Shown piece by piece: positions 34,842 to 45,196 of a stretch of DNA of 64,000 nucleotides; position 1 is the stretch's first letter, and every line of letters begins with the position of its first letter. Below the pieces are notes generated by a model. That model saw nothing but the letters and a program-made list of their open reading frames with translations. It did no database searches and was not told where the DNA came from. A program made the position numbers and the translations under genes. This stretch comes from SAR116 cluster bacterium AG-426-B08 (GTDB taxonomy: Bacteria > Pseudomonadota > Alphaproteobacteria > Puniceispirillales > Marisalimonadaceae), in assembly GCA_003213175.1 (NCBI GenBank), contig QCNN01000004.1:3186-67185 (forward strand), in the 5' to 3' direction.

Positions 34842-34975
34842 GGCTAAGGACCTCTTTTTGATAGTTAAAAATTAATTAATTAAAAACTTTGTTTTTTCTA
34901 TAATCCTTAAAAATATAAAAGCAAGTATTAATTACATGAAAATTAGAGTAATATAATTAAAATTAGAGGTTTATA

Positions 34976-35461
34976 ATGAAATGGGGTCCAGGACAATTAT
35001 TATACATACATATCGCTGACAAAGCTTCAGAGAATATGAAAGAGTTAAGCAAAGCAGAATTAATTGTTGGTAAAGGGATAGTCGGCGATAGATACTTCAA
35101 GGGTACAGGCAAATATTCAAATATCCCTGATATAAGAGATGTCACGATTATTGAAAAAGAAGTTCTGGATGCTCTACGGGAAAATCAACCCCCTATACAA
35201 GAAAAAAGTATTATTTTAGAACCACACGAGCATAGAAGAAATTTAACAACTCAGGGCGTACCGTTAAATTATTTAGTGAACAAACAATTTAAAATTGGTG
35301 AGGTAATTTTAGAAGGAGGTAGATTAAATTTCCCATGTAAATACCTGGCAGATTTATTAAAAAAACCTCTTTTACTTCCTCTTTACAACAGGTCTGGGCT
35401 TAATTGTAAAATTATTAAAGGAGGAACAATAAGAGTTAATGACGTAATAGAAGCTATTTAA
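34976..35461 (+). CDS. MOSC-domain protein
   Basis: 161 aa. GKGIVGDRY..., RRNLTTQG and the C-terminal beta-barrel pattern are typical of MOSC domains. An SD (AGAGG) lies upstream. Confidence 0.7.
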   Translation: MKWGPGQLLYIHIADKASENMKELSKAELIVGKGIVGDRYFKGTGKYSNIPDIRDVTIIEKEVLDALRENQPPIQEKSIILEPHEHRRNLTTQGVPLNYLVNKQFKIGEVILEGGRLNFPCKYLADLLKKPLLLPLYNRSGLNCKIIKGGTIRVNDVIEAI

Positions 35462-35464
35462 GAA

Positions 35465-36673
35465 TTAAAGATAATTAATAATGAACCCACATATACTTAG
35501 GGTTAATACACTTAACCACTGAGGAAACTTAAGAAAAAAAACAATTACTGCTCCAAGCAAAATTAAGAAATAATCATTTTTGTCATTCAATGTTGAAACT
35601 ATGATTGGATCATAGAAAGCAGCTATTAAAAATCCAACAACACACGCGTTCACACCAATTAGACAACTTCTAACTTTACCAAAACTTCTTAGGAAATTCC
35701 AATAAGGCATAACTCCTAAAACCATCAAAAAAGAAGGCAAAAAAATCATTATTAAGCATAAACTTCCAACAAATATTTTACCAAATTCAAGGTTTAGTGA
35801 AGAACCAAGAAAAGCAGAAAAAGTAAAAAGTGGACCTGGTATTGCTTGTGCTAGACCGTAGCCAAAAATAAAAGTTTCTTCGTTGATTAGTTGAGAATTT
35901 AATATTTCATTTTTCAATAAAGGTAATACAACATGACCTCCACCAAATACTAAAGATCCTGTTCTGAAAAATTTATCTGAAATCTCAATTAACTTTATTT
36001 CATAAATATTAGCAATTAATGGCAAACATATAAAAATAGTAAAAAAAAGAGTTAAAAACATTATAGAGTTATAATTAATTTTAATTTTTTCTGATCTTAT
36101 AAAGGAATGATCATTAAAAAAAAGTAGCCCTAAAATAGCTGAAAAAATTAACAACAAAAATTGAAATGTATATAAATCAAAAGCAATTAGAGTGATTAAA
36201 GTGCATAGAGCAATAAAGATTTTTTTAAAATCATTAAGGTAGTGCTTGCTCATGCCAATTATTGCTTGCAAAACGATAATCAAAACTACTGCTTTAATTC
36301 CTTGAAGAAAACCTGAGCTTACATATTCATTAAAATTTATATAACCAATAGCAAACATTATCATTATGATTGCTGAAGGAAGTGTAAAACCTAACCATGC
36401 AAAAAACGTTCCTAAGATACCCCTTTTTAAATATCCAATACACATTCCAACTTGACTTGATGATGGTCCAGGTAAAAAATTTGAAAAAGAAACAATATCT
36501 ATATAAGTCTTTTCATCAAACCACTTTTTTTTAATTACAAAATTTTCTCTGAAAAAAGCAATATGAGCAATTGGACCTCCAAAGGAAGTAAGACCTAACA
36601 TTAAAAATTCAAAAAAAATTAAAAAAAGAGATATTTTTTCTTTTTGATTATTTATCTTTTTTTTTTTCTTCAT
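35465..36673 (-). CDS. chrA: Chromate transporter ChrA (two fused CHR domains)
   Basis: 402 aa with GGPIAHIAFFRENFV.KKKWFDEKTY...LPGPSSSQV in the first half. The second half carries the repeat (GGGHVVLPLL...AIPGPLFTF). Confidence 0.85.
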   Translation of the reverse strand: MKKKKKINNQKEKISLFLIFFEFLMLGLTSFGGPIAHIAFFRENFVIKKKWFDEKTYIDIVSFSNFLPGPSSSQVGMCIGYLKRGILGTFFAWLGFTLPSAIIMIMFAIGYINFNEYVSSGFLQGIKAVVLIIVLQAIIGMSKHYLNDFKKIFIALCTLITLIAFDLYTFQFLLLIFSAILGLLFFNDHSFIRSEKIKINYNSIMFLTLFFTIFICLPLIANIYEIKLIEISDKFFRTGSLVFGGGHVVLPLLKNEILNSQLINEETFIFGYGLAQAIPGPLFTFSAFLGSSLNLEFGKIFVGSLCLIMIFLPSFLMVLGVMPYWNFLRSFGKVRSCLIGVNACVVGFLIAAFYDPIIVSTLNDKNDYFLILLGAVIVFFLKFPQWLSVLTLSICGFIINYL

Positions 36674-36707
36674 TATATTAATATCTGATTTTACGAACAG
36701 GATTTTT

Positions 36708-37148
36708 ATGAATATTAATAAATATCACATTTTAATTATTACGTTTTTTGTTTGTTGTACAACATTTAGTTTTGCTCACGAAGGTGCAACTGGAATAATA
36801 AAAGAACGAATGGATAAATTCAAAGAGAGTAAAGCTATAATGCGAGAAATAAATAAAAGTTTTGCAAATAAAGATTTTAAAAAAATTCAAAATGGTGCGA
36901 TTAAGTTGAATAAATGGGGTTTAGAAATGGGAAATTTTTTTCCTGAAGGAAGTAATACTTTTCCTTCAGAGGCTAACGAAAATATCTGGTTGGAACCTGA
37001 CCAATTTAAGTTAGCAATTGATAATTTTGCTAAAGCAAGTAAATCTTTGTTAAAAATTTCGCTAGATAAAGATCTAGATAAAACTATTCAGGCATTTAGA
37101 ACTGTTGCAGGGACTTGTAAAGGATGTCACAAGAAATTTCGTAATTAA
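36708..37148 (+). CDS. Class II cytochrome c (c'/c556-like four-helix bundle)
   Basis: 146 aa with a signal peptide and a single C-terminal haem motif CKGCH. An N-terminal Met (IIKERMDKF) is positioned as in c556-type proteins. Confidence 0.75.
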   Translation: MNINKYHILIITFFVCCTTFSFAHEGATGIIKERMDKFKESKAIMREINKSFANKDFKKIQNGAIKLNKWGLEMGNFFPEGSNTFPSEANENIWLEPDQFKLAIDNFAKASKSLLKISLDKDLDKTIQAFRTVAGTCKGCHKKFRN

Positions 37149-37169
37149 TTTTAATTATTTGGAGACCCC

Positions 37170-38219
37170 ATGAAAGGAATAGTGTTTTTAGGTGACAAAA
37201 AGTTAGAAATACAAAATTTTGAAGACCCTCATCCAGGTCCAGATGATGTTATTATTGAAATAAAAGCTTCTGGAATGTGTGGAAGTGATTTAAAATTTTA
37301 TAGAGCAAATTCAGGACCTTCCTCACTTGGTCTAGGCGGTTCAGATAAAAAAGTTATTGCCGGTCATGAACCGTGTGGTGTTGTAGTTGAGCTAGGAAAA
37401 AATATTTCAAAAGATTTCATTTCAATAGATACACGTGTTATGCAACATCATTATAGAGGATGCGGAACTTGTTCTCATTGTTCAACTGGCTGGCAACAAC
37501 TTTGTGTTGAGGGTGTTGCAGAAGTTTATGGTGTAACTGGAAATGGGGCACATGCAAAGTATATGAAATGTCCTGCAAACACTTTGGTAAACTTACGTGA
37601 TGATCTTTCATTTAAATCGGGAGCTGCAATTTCATGTGGTACGGGAACAGCTTGGGGTGCTTTAGAGAGACTTCTTCTAAGGGCAGAACATACTTTAGTT
37701 ATATTTGGAATGGGGCCAGTTGGACTCTCAGCAGTTATGTTAGCTTCAAAAATGGGTGCAAATATAATTGCTATTGATATCAATGCAAAAAGGCTACAGA
37801 GAGCAAAAAATTTTGGAGCTAATTTTTTAATTAATCCCAACCAAGAAAAAGATGTTATTACCCAAATAATGGACTTAACTAATGGGTTGGGAGCTCACTG
37901 TTCTATAGACGCATCTTCTTCTCCATTGGCAAGAGCACAGTCTATAAAATGTTTGAGGACATGGGGCAAAGCATGTTTTGTAGGAGAAGGAGGCGATGTT
38001 AATATAGATGTAAGTAATGATTTACTTAGAAAACAAATTACACTTATTGGAAGTTGGACTTTTTCTAAGTATGGACAAGCAGAGTGCGCTGACTTTGTCG
38101 CTGAAAAGAAATTAAATATTGAAGATCTATTTACACACCAATGGTCAATAAATGAAGCTGAAGAGGCATATAAATTATTTGATCTTCAATCCGATGGAAA
38201 AGGAATAATCATACCCTAG
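37170..38219 (+). CDS. Zinc-dependent alcohol dehydrogenase (MDR family)
   Basis: 349 aa with catalytic Zn ligands (CGSD, GHEPCGVV), a structural Zn Cys cluster (CGTCSHCSTGWQQLC) and a Rossmann motif (IFGMGPVG). Confidence 0.85.
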   Translation: MKGIVFLGDKKLEIQNFEDPHPGPDDVIIEIKASGMCGSDLKFYRANSGPSSLGLGGSDKKVIAGHEPCGVVVELGKNISKDFISIDTRVMQHHYRGCGTCSHCSTGWQQLCVEGVAEVYGVTGNGAHAKYMKCPANTLVNLRDDLSFKSGAAISCGTGTAWGALERLLLRAEHTLVIFGMGPVGLSAVMLASKMGANIIAIDINAKRLQRAKNFGANFLINPNQEKDVITQIMDLTNGLGAHCSIDASSSPLARAQSIKCLRTWGKACFVGEGGDVNIDVSNDLLRKQITLIGSWTFSKYGQAECADFVAEKKLNIEDLFTHQWSINEAEEAYKLFDLQSDGKGIIIP

Positions 38220-39616
38220 TTTTGTGATATTTTTCTCCATGGACCATAATACAGACTGATCGCAATAAAAAGTCCATAAACCACTATAGAAAATGCAAAA
38301 ACTATTAAAATATTTTGATAGTTAAGAGCATCATAATATTTTAAAAAAAGAAATAAAATTATAATAGTTATCAACCTTAAAAAAGTTCCCAAAACAGGCC
38401 ATAAAAGAGTATTAAATGCTTGGCATACAAAATATAAACCAAGTCCAAGAGCAAAAAAAGGATAGAATATACCCACTATTGTCAAGTATTTCTCAGTAAT
38501 TGAAATTACTTTTTCATTATTACTATATATTTCTGCCCATAAATTTGGTTTTAAAAAAAATATTATACCTATGATACTTACTAATATTACTGTTACCATA
38601 GTTCCTTTCCAAGCATACTCTACTGACTTTTTATATGCTCCAGCTCCATAATTAGTTCCAACTAAAGCTATTAGAGCTCCTCCTATACCAAATATAATCG
38701 GGACAAGGAGTAATTCTAATCTCAAGGCAATACCATATCCAGCAGACCAATCTTTACCAAAAAAACCAACGATAGCCAAAGATAAAAGTGAAATAGTAAT
38801 AGTTAGAATTGACTGACAACCAGCTAAAGTTCCTGATCTCAGTAATGTGAAAAATCCATCAAATCTAATTATCTCAGAAAATTTAAATGTTAAGGGATGA
38901 TTAAAAAAAATATAAAAAATACTTATTGAAATTATTCCAAATAAAAAACCTCCCAAAAGAGAGATTGCGCTCCATTGAATAGGATAAAAAAATAAATTTA
39001 AGAATTTTATTAAAACTCCTTGAGTTAATAAAATTTTATCTTGTTCTATTTGAAAATTAAAACTTGCTAAAAATATTTGAAAGAGAAATACAATCAACCA
39101 ACATAAAGCTACTATTTTAGTATTGCCAATCCCTCGAGTAACGGACATCAAAACATTGAAAATCCATATCAAAATCATGCCACTTAAGAGAATTTCCCCA
39201 TATCTTTCAGCAAAATAATAACTTTTGTTATCTAAAAATATCTGTTCTTCAAACTTAGGAAAAAAAATACTATACAATAGAAACATTAATAATGAACCAG
39301 ATAAAGCAATAATTAATGCTGATCTGAAAACACATGAAGTTTTAAAAGTATTTTGTTCCCCTATACTTCTGGCAATAGCTCCATTAATCGCACCTCCATA
39401 AGCACCGCTAGATAACATACTTGCTAACATATAAATTGGAAAAATAAAGGCAACGCCTGAAAGTGCATCTTTACCCATCATTCCAATATACCATAAGTCA
39501 AATACGACTATAAGTGCAGCAAAGAAAGTAGAAATTAAATTAGGAATTGCTAATTTTAAAAAATTGCGAGAAAAACTATCTTCAATTAATGATTTTGAAA
39601 AGTTTTTTTCTTTCAA
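38216..39616 (-). CDS. MATE-family efflux transporter
   Basis: 466 aa with about 12 TM helices. The N-terminal pattern (LKLAIPNLISTFF...) is typical of MATE/NorM-like proteins. Confidence 0.75.
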   Translation of the reverse strand: MKEKNFSKSLIEDSFSRNFLKLAIPNLISTFFAALIVVFDLWYIGMMGKDALSGVAFIFPIYMLASMLSSGAYGGAINGAIARSIGEQNTFKTSCVFRSALIIALSGSLLMFLLYSIFFPKFEEQIFLDNKSYYFAERYGEILLSGMILIWIFNVLMSVTRGIGNTKIVALCWLIVFLFQIFLASFNFQIEQDKILLTQGVLIKFLNLFFYPIQWSAISLLGGFLFGIISISIFYIFFNHPLTFKFSEIIRFDGFFTLLRSGTLAGCQSILTITISLLSLAIVGFFGKDWSAGYGIALRLELLLVPIIFGIGGALIALVGTNYGAGAYKKSVEYAWKGTMVTVILVSIIGIIFFLKPNLWAEIYSNNEKVISITEKYLTIVGIFYPFFALGLGLYFVCQAFNTLLWPVLGTFLRLITIIILFLFLKYYDALNYQNILIVFAFSIVVYGLFIAISLYYGPWRKISQN

Positions 39617-41377
39617 TTAATTTGTAGCCATTTCAGTATTACTTTTATTCACTTCAATTAACTTAATTAATTTTCCTGGTGTTTTAGAGGTGAAAGAACC
39701 ATTATCATAGGTAACTTTACCACTCACAATAGTAGCAACATATCCTCGCGTTTTTTGCATAAGCCTTTTACCATTCGCAGGCAAGTCTTTTACCATAAAA
39801 GGATCAGAAGAACTCAATTTATTTAAATCGATGATATTTATATCTGCTTTAAGTCCTTCTTTTATCAAACCCCTATCATCTAAACCTACTGCATGTGCAG
39901 TATCTGAAGTTAGACGTCTTATACTTTCTTCAACGCTAAATAATTTTTTTTCATTTGTCCAATATGATAAAAGCCAAGTTGGGTATCCAGCATCTAAGAT
40001 AAAACCTACATGAGCTCCTCCATCTCCTAAGCCCATAATTGTATTTTTATCTTTCAACATTTCATGACAAACATCAAAAGTATTGTTTGAGTAATTGACT
40101 AATGGAGCATAAATAAAATTTTTACCCTGATTTTCTAACAAGATGTCATATGCTAACTCTTTGGATGTTTTATTTTCTCTGCTAGCCATAGCGTCAATAC
40201 TTTTATCTTTACTAGGATTGTAATCTGGAGGAGACCCAAACCTATACATTTGGGCAAAACTAATTCTGTGTATTAGCGGAAATACACTATACTTAAGGCG
40301 ATCTTCAGATAATATTTTTTCCTTAATATCATCTTTTTTCATTTCTATTACCCTTTCATTTAATGGTAAATGAGCAATAGATTTATATGTTTTAGTTCCA
40401 GAAAAAGGATTTTGGCTTCCGTCTAAACCAAATAATAAACCGATTGGTCGAGGTGGCACAACTGGACGAATTGACAAACCTTCTTTTTTTGCTTCCAAAG
40501 ACATTCTCATTAGATCCTTCCAAAAATGTGGTCTGTCGTGTCTTTGAGTGCAAGTAAAAACAATAGGTCTTCCTGAAGATCTTGCAATATTTTTTAGAAC
40601 CTCAAATTCTGTTTCAGGATCAGGTTCATTCCAATCTGATACAATTTCCATAAAACCAACGCCTGCATCTGCCATTCCAAGAGCAATTTGTTTTAACTCG
40701 TCTTCATGAGCCCTTAAAGTTGGTGTATATTCACCTTTTAAACTCTTATGACTAATTGTTCTAGATGTTGAGAATCCAAAAGCCCCAGCTAACATTGCTT
40801 CTTTGGTTAATTTTCTCATTTTTTTCATATCTTCTGCCGAAGCTTTTTCATGATTAATTGCTCTTTCTCCCATAACATAAACCCTTAGAGCCGCATGAGG
40901 TAACAAAGCACATATATCAATATCTCTGTCTTTTTTATTTAGCGCCTCTAGATATTCTTCAAATGTTTCCCATTGCCATTCAAGCCCTTCATGCATAACA
41001 GGTGCAGGTATATCCTCTACTCCCTCCATTAATTCAACTAACTTGAGTCTATCTTCTTCTTTACAAGGAGCAAAGCCAACTCCACAATTTCCCATAACTG
41101 CTGTTGTCACCCCATGTATCGATGATGGAGTGAGTTGATTATCCCATATAGCTTGACCATCATAGTGAGTATGAATATCTACAAACCCAGGAGAAACAAT
41201 AAACCCTGATGCATCGATATTTTCTTTTCCAATATCATTTAAAGAACCTATTTTTTTGATAATTCCATCTTTTATGCCTATATCTGCCTGAAACTTTTCT
41301 TTTCCAGACCCATCAACAATCGAACCATTTTTTATTACTAAATCGTAAAATTCCATTTTTTTTGAAACATCATCCAT
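39617..41377 (-). CDS. N-acyl-D-amino-acid deacylase (D-aminoacylase) family amidohydrolase
   Basis: 586 aa with PGFVDIHTHYD, SDW.., GLGDGGAHV and the C-terminal LDDRGLIKEGLKADINIID typical of the family. Confidence 0.8.
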   Translation of the reverse strand: MDDVSKKMEFYDLVIKNGSIVDGSGKEKFQADIGIKDGIIKKIGSLNDIGKENIDASGFIVSPGFVDIHTHYDGQAIWDNQLTPSSIHGVTTAVMGNCGVGFAPCKEEDRLKLVELMEGVEDIPAPVMHEGLEWQWETFEEYLEALNKKDRDIDICALLPHAALRVYVMGERAINHEKASAEDMKKMRKLTKEAMLAGAFGFSTSRTISHKSLKGEYTPTLRAHEDELKQIALGMADAGVGFMEIVSDWNEPDPETEFEVLKNIARSSGRPIVFTCTQRHDRPHFWKDLMRMSLEAKKEGLSIRPVVPPRPIGLLFGLDGSQNPFSGTKTYKSIAHLPLNERVIEMKKDDIKEKILSEDRLKYSVFPLIHRISFAQMYRFGSPPDYNPSKDKSIDAMASRENKTSKELAYDILLENQGKNFIYAPLVNYSNNTFDVCHEMLKDKNTIMGLGDGGAHVGFILDAGYPTWLLSYWTNEKKLFSVEESIRRLTSDTAHAVGLDDRGLIKEGLKADINIIDLNKLSSSDPFMVKDLPANGKRLMQKTRGYVATIVSGKVTYDNGSFTSKTPGKLIKLIEVNKSNTEMATN

Positions 41378-41440
41378 AATAAAGTCCTCCTAAGTAAATT
41401 AAAGAAAGTTACTTTAACTAAGTCAACAAAATTATAATTT

Positions 41441-42631
41441 TTAATTAACTATATTATATTTAAAAAGTTCTTGAATTTGTTTTTGATTATATCCAATCTC
41501 TTTTAAAATTTTTTTTGTGTCTTGCCCTAATTTAGGAGCCTCTCTCCTAATACTTCCTCTTGATTTACTTAATCTAGGAAATACCTCATGCATTGGTATT
41601 TCTCCATCATTTTTTGTTTTTAAATTTACCAGGATTTTTCTGTCTTTTATATATGGATGGTTAACAAGTTCTGAAATATCTAAAACCGGTCCAATTGTAA
41701 CTCCATTTTTTTTAAATATTTTTAGCAAATCATCTCTTTTATGCTTTTTCATAAATGAAGATATAATTTTATCTAAACTTTCTTGGTTTTTAATTCGATC
41801 TTCATTTGAAAAATATAACTCATTGGATATTAAATCTTTTCTATTTATTAGAGTTGCTAATTTCTCCCACATTGACTGCATAGATGCAGATAAAGAAACA
41901 TACTTTTTGTCTTTTGTTTTATAAATATTTCTAGGAGCCGAAACCGGACTTCTATTTCCCATTTTTTTTGGTATCTCACCAGACAATTTGTAATATGCAG
42001 CCCAGGGACCAATAATAGAAAACAACGGTTCAAACAATGACAAATCAATCACTTGCCCTTGAGCTTTTTTATTGATTTTTGCAATAATACTAAGAAGAAT
42101 AGAAGAAAATCCAGTAAGGCCAGAAATCATATCAGCTAAAGCAGTAGGAGGTAGTAATGGTGTTTGATCTTTTTCACCTGTCATTGCAGCAAAGCCACTC
42201 ATACCCTCTACAAGAGAACCAAAACCTGGTTGGGTTTTGTACAGACCACTCTGTCCCCAACCAGAAATTCTTAATATAATTAAATTTTTGTTAATTTTAT
42301 GTAATTTCTTTGGTTCTAAACCCCATTTTTCAAGAGTACCGGGTACAAAATTTTCAATAAATACATCAGAAGATTTAATCAAATTCTTTAAAACATTCAT
42401 TCCCATGTTATTTTTAAAATCTAATGCAATGCTTCTTTTATTTCTTGAATATACATGCCACCAATGAGATATATTTTTTATTTTCCAGTTTCTTAAATCA
42501 TCACCCATACCAGGTTTTTCTACTTTAATCACATCTGCTCCATAATCAGCGAGCATGTGAGAAACCATATTACCTGCAGCAAGTCTCGACAAATCTAAAA
42601 CTTTAATACCTTTTAATGGTAAACTCATCAA
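41441..42631 (-). CDS. Family III CoA-transferase (CaiB/BaiF)
   Basis: 396 aa. The N-terminal LKGIKVLDLSRLAAGNMVSHMLADYGADVIKVE is diagnostic of the family. Confidence 0.85.
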   Translation of the reverse strand: MMSLPLKGIKVLDLSRLAAGNMVSHMLADYGADVIKVEKPGMGDDLRNWKIKNISHWWHVYSRNKRSIALDFKNNMGMNVLKNLIKSSDVFIENFVPGTLEKWGLEPKKLHKINKNLIILRISGWGQSGLYKTQPGFGSLVEGMSGFAAMTGEKDQTPLLPPTALADMISGLTGFSSILLSIIAKINKKAQGQVIDLSLFEPLFSIIGPWAAYYKLSGEIPKKMGNRSPVSAPRNIYKTKDKKYVSLSASMQSMWEKLATLINRKDLISNELYFSNEDRIKNQESLDKIISSFMKKHKRDDLLKIFKKNGVTIGPVLDISELVNHPYIKDRKILVNLKTKNDGEIPMHEVFPRLSKSRGSIRREAPKLGQDTKKILKEIGYNQKQIQELFKYNIVN

Positions 42632-42643
42632 AATACCATTGTA

Positions 42644-43585
42644 TTATTTACTTACATCTTCATGCATATCTTTTTTTAATTTTCTCAAAGATTTTAATAA
42701 ATTATTTCTTTTTTCTGCTCTAATTTTTAAGTCTTCTTTGGATAAAAAAGTTCTTCTTTCTTTTTCGAGTTTTTCAGCATTTTTTTCAGTCCAATCAGGA
42801 ACACTTCTTTGATGTTTTGCCATTTCAGAAAAAATCGAACCATATCTTTTGATATAATCTTTGATACCACCCGGTGCATTCAAATCAATAGTTTCAAAAG
42901 GACCCATAAAAGCCCACCTCAAACCTAAGCCGTCTCTAACAGTAGAGTCAATATGATCCGCACTAGCATAACCTTCACTGTATAATCTCATTGCCTCATT
43001 AAGCAAAGCGCCTTGAAGTCTATTTAAAATAAATCCGTCAATTTCTTTTTGGACATAGACAGTTGAAAACCCTATTGAATCAAAAACTTTCTTAGTAAGA
43101 TTTATAGTGTTTTGAGAAGTACTTTCGCTAGGAGAAATCTCTACACATGGAATTAAATGTGGTGGGTTTGCTGGGTGTGAAATAATACACCTTTCTTTTC
43201 CCTTTAAATTTTGAGTTATTAAAGATATTGGCATTGCAGATGAAGAAGATGATAATATCACCTCTTTAGGAGATAAATTATCTAATCTTGCAAATAATTC
43301 TTGCTTTAATGATATTATTTCTGGGGAGCACTCTTGTATAAAATCACAAGTTTTACACAAAAATTCTATCTCAATATTAGAATTAATTTTGTTAATTGAT
43401 TTATTCAAATCAATTTCTTCATCGATAAATTTTAATTCATTTAAAAATCCTTCAACTCTTTCATTAAAATTTTCAAAAACTTGTTTATCATTATCATATA
43501 CATAAACCTCATAACCTTTTGATGCAAAAATAGCACTCCAGCTTGAGCCAATCAAACCAGCACCAATGATTCCAATTTTATTCAT
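42644..43585 (-). CDS. 3-hydroxyacyl-CoA dehydrogenase family protein (carnitine/gulonate 3-dehydrogenase-like)
   Basis: 313 aa with a Rossmann motif (IGIIGAGLIGSSW), HPANPPH, and a C-terminal 3HCDH domain. Confidence 0.75.
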   Translation of the reverse strand: MNKIGIIGAGLIGSSWSAIFASKGYEVYVYDNDKQVFENFNERVEGFLNELKFIDEEIDLNKSINKINSNIEIEFLCKTCDFIQECSPEIISLKQELFARLDNLSPKEVILSSSSSAMPISLITQNLKGKERCIISHPANPPHLIPCVEISPSESTSQNTINLTKKVFDSIGFSTVYVQKEIDGFILNRLQGALLNEAMRLYSEGYASADHIDSTVRDGLGLRWAFMGPFETIDLNAPGGIKDYIKRYGSIFSEMAKHQRSVPDWTEKNAEKLEKERRTFLSKEDLKIRAEKRNNLLKSLRKLKKDMHEDVSK

Positions 43586-43616
43586 AACAACGTCCTTTTA
43601 TAAAAAAAATTTAAAA

Positions 43617-44393
43617 TTACTTTATTCTATTAATATGATATCCAAAACAGGCTTTACCGAATTCTTCAAACAATCTTTTATTTAATAAATTTTCTTTTTT
43701 TTCAGGTTGATATTCAGCATGCCATTGTACAGCAATAGCAAAAGAAGAATGATTTTCAATGCTGATTGCCTCAACAAGATTATCATCAGAATAGGCTTCA
43801 ACTTTTAAATTTCTACCAAGTTTATCAACGCCTTGACCGTGGAGAGAATTAACTTTAAAATTATCAGAGTTAGTTAATTGTCTAAAATAACTATTTTCAG
43901 TATAAGCGATATTATGTTTTAGTGAAAAAATTTCTTTAACAGAAACATCATCTCCCCTTGGCATTCTATGATCATTCATACCTTCCACTTGATGAACACG
44001 ATAAAAAATAGTGCCCCCTAAAGCTACATTTATTTCTTGTATACCTCTGCAAATACCGAAAATAGGAATACCTAAATCTATACATTTTGGGATAATTTTA
44101 AGAACTACTGCATCTCTCCCTGGGTCGATAGGTTCATCATCAGGAAACTTTTCTCCATTATAATGTTGGGGTTCAATATTTGCTCTTCCACCAGTTAAAA
44201 GAATACCATCAAGTTGACTTATCAAAATTTCTATATCCTCTTGATTCAAAAATGAAGGAATAAGAATAGGTATTACATCAGAAAATTTCATAACTGATTC
44301 TACATATCTCTGACCAGTAGAATGTGAAATCTGCCTGCCATTAAAGTTTACGATTTCATTTGTTGATATTCCAATAATTGGTTTTTTTTTCAT
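43617..44393 (-). CDS. Class I glutamine amidotransferase-like gamma-glutamyl hydrolase (PuuD/peptidase C26)
   Basis: 258 aa with LLTGG, nucleophile GICRGIQ and QWHAE. Confidence 0.8.
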   Translation of the reverse strand: MKKKPIIGISTNEIVNFNGRQISHSTGQRYVESVMKFSDVIPILIPSFLNQEDIEILISQLDGILLTGGRANIEPQHYNGEKFPDDEPIDPGRDAVVLKIIPKCIDLGIPIFGICRGIQEINVALGGTIFYRVHQVEGMNDHRMPRGDDVSVKEIFSLKHNIAYTENSYFRQLTNSDNFKVNSLHGQGVDKLGRNLKVEAYSDDNLVEAISIENHSSFAIAVQWHAEYQPEKKENLLNKRLFEEFGKACFGYHINRIK

Positions 44394-44403
44394 GTATCAA
44401 ATC

Positions 44404-45111
44404 TCATTTTTCACAATTCAATTTATCAGCTAATTCATGAAAATTATTTACAACAAAATCCCATTCTTGTGAAGGTTTTAAATCTGATAATTGATTCGAA
44501 CCATGTTCATTTGACCTTAAAACAAAAGCTGTTTTCAAACCTTGTTCTTTTGCACCTTTTAAATCATCATTATGAGCTGCAACCATTAAACACTCATCAA
44601 CACTCAAATCTAATTTTTCGCAAGCTTTTTTATATGCATCAGGTTCAGGTTTATAATGACCAACCACTTCTGCTCCTAATATCACATCCCATGGTAATTT
44701 AGAAAACTTAGCCATATTTGTAATTAATGAGATATTACCATTAGACTGTGCGCCTATTATAAATTTACTTTTTAACCTTAAAAGACCTGATGGACTATCT
44801 GGCCAAGCTGGTAACCTATGCCATGATTTTACAAGCCACAATTTATCAATTTCATTAATTTTTTCTAAACTAAAATCCTTAGAAATTTTTTCCAAGTTTT
44901 CTTCATGCAAAACATCTAGTTTAACAAATGATCTTTCCCTAGATCTAATTTTTGCCATAGATGGTTGATATTCAGCCCTCCATTGATCAGCAAATTTTTC
45001 TAGACTAAAATTAAGCTTATATTTTTGTGCAATAATTTTTGCATCTCTAATAATACCTTTTCTCCAATCTACAACTGTCCCAAAGACATCAAATAAAAGA
45101 GCTTTTATCAT
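44404..45111 (-). CDS. HAD-superfamily hydrolase, haloacid dehalogenase type II-like
   Basis: 235 aa with an N-terminal LLFDVFGTVVDW (nucleophilic Asp motif I), SNGN, and AAHNDDLKGA. Confidence 0.75.
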   Translation of the reverse strand: MIKALLFDVFGTVVDWRKGIIRDAKIIAQKYKLNFSLEKFADQWRAEYQPSMAKIRSRERSFVKLDVLHEENLEKISKDFSLEKINEIDKLWLVKSWHRLPAWPDSPSGLLRLKSKFIIGAQSNGNISLITNMAKFSKLPWDVILGAEVVGHYKPEPDAYKKACEKLDLSVDECLMVAAHNDDLKGAKEQGLKTAFVLRSNEHGSNQLSDLKPSQEWDFVVNNFHELADKLNCEK

Positions 45112-45196
45112 GGTACAAAAAGATTAATTTACTTAAATTACTTATCATGTTAACTATAATCCGAAATATCTATTAATATATATTTACATTAATATA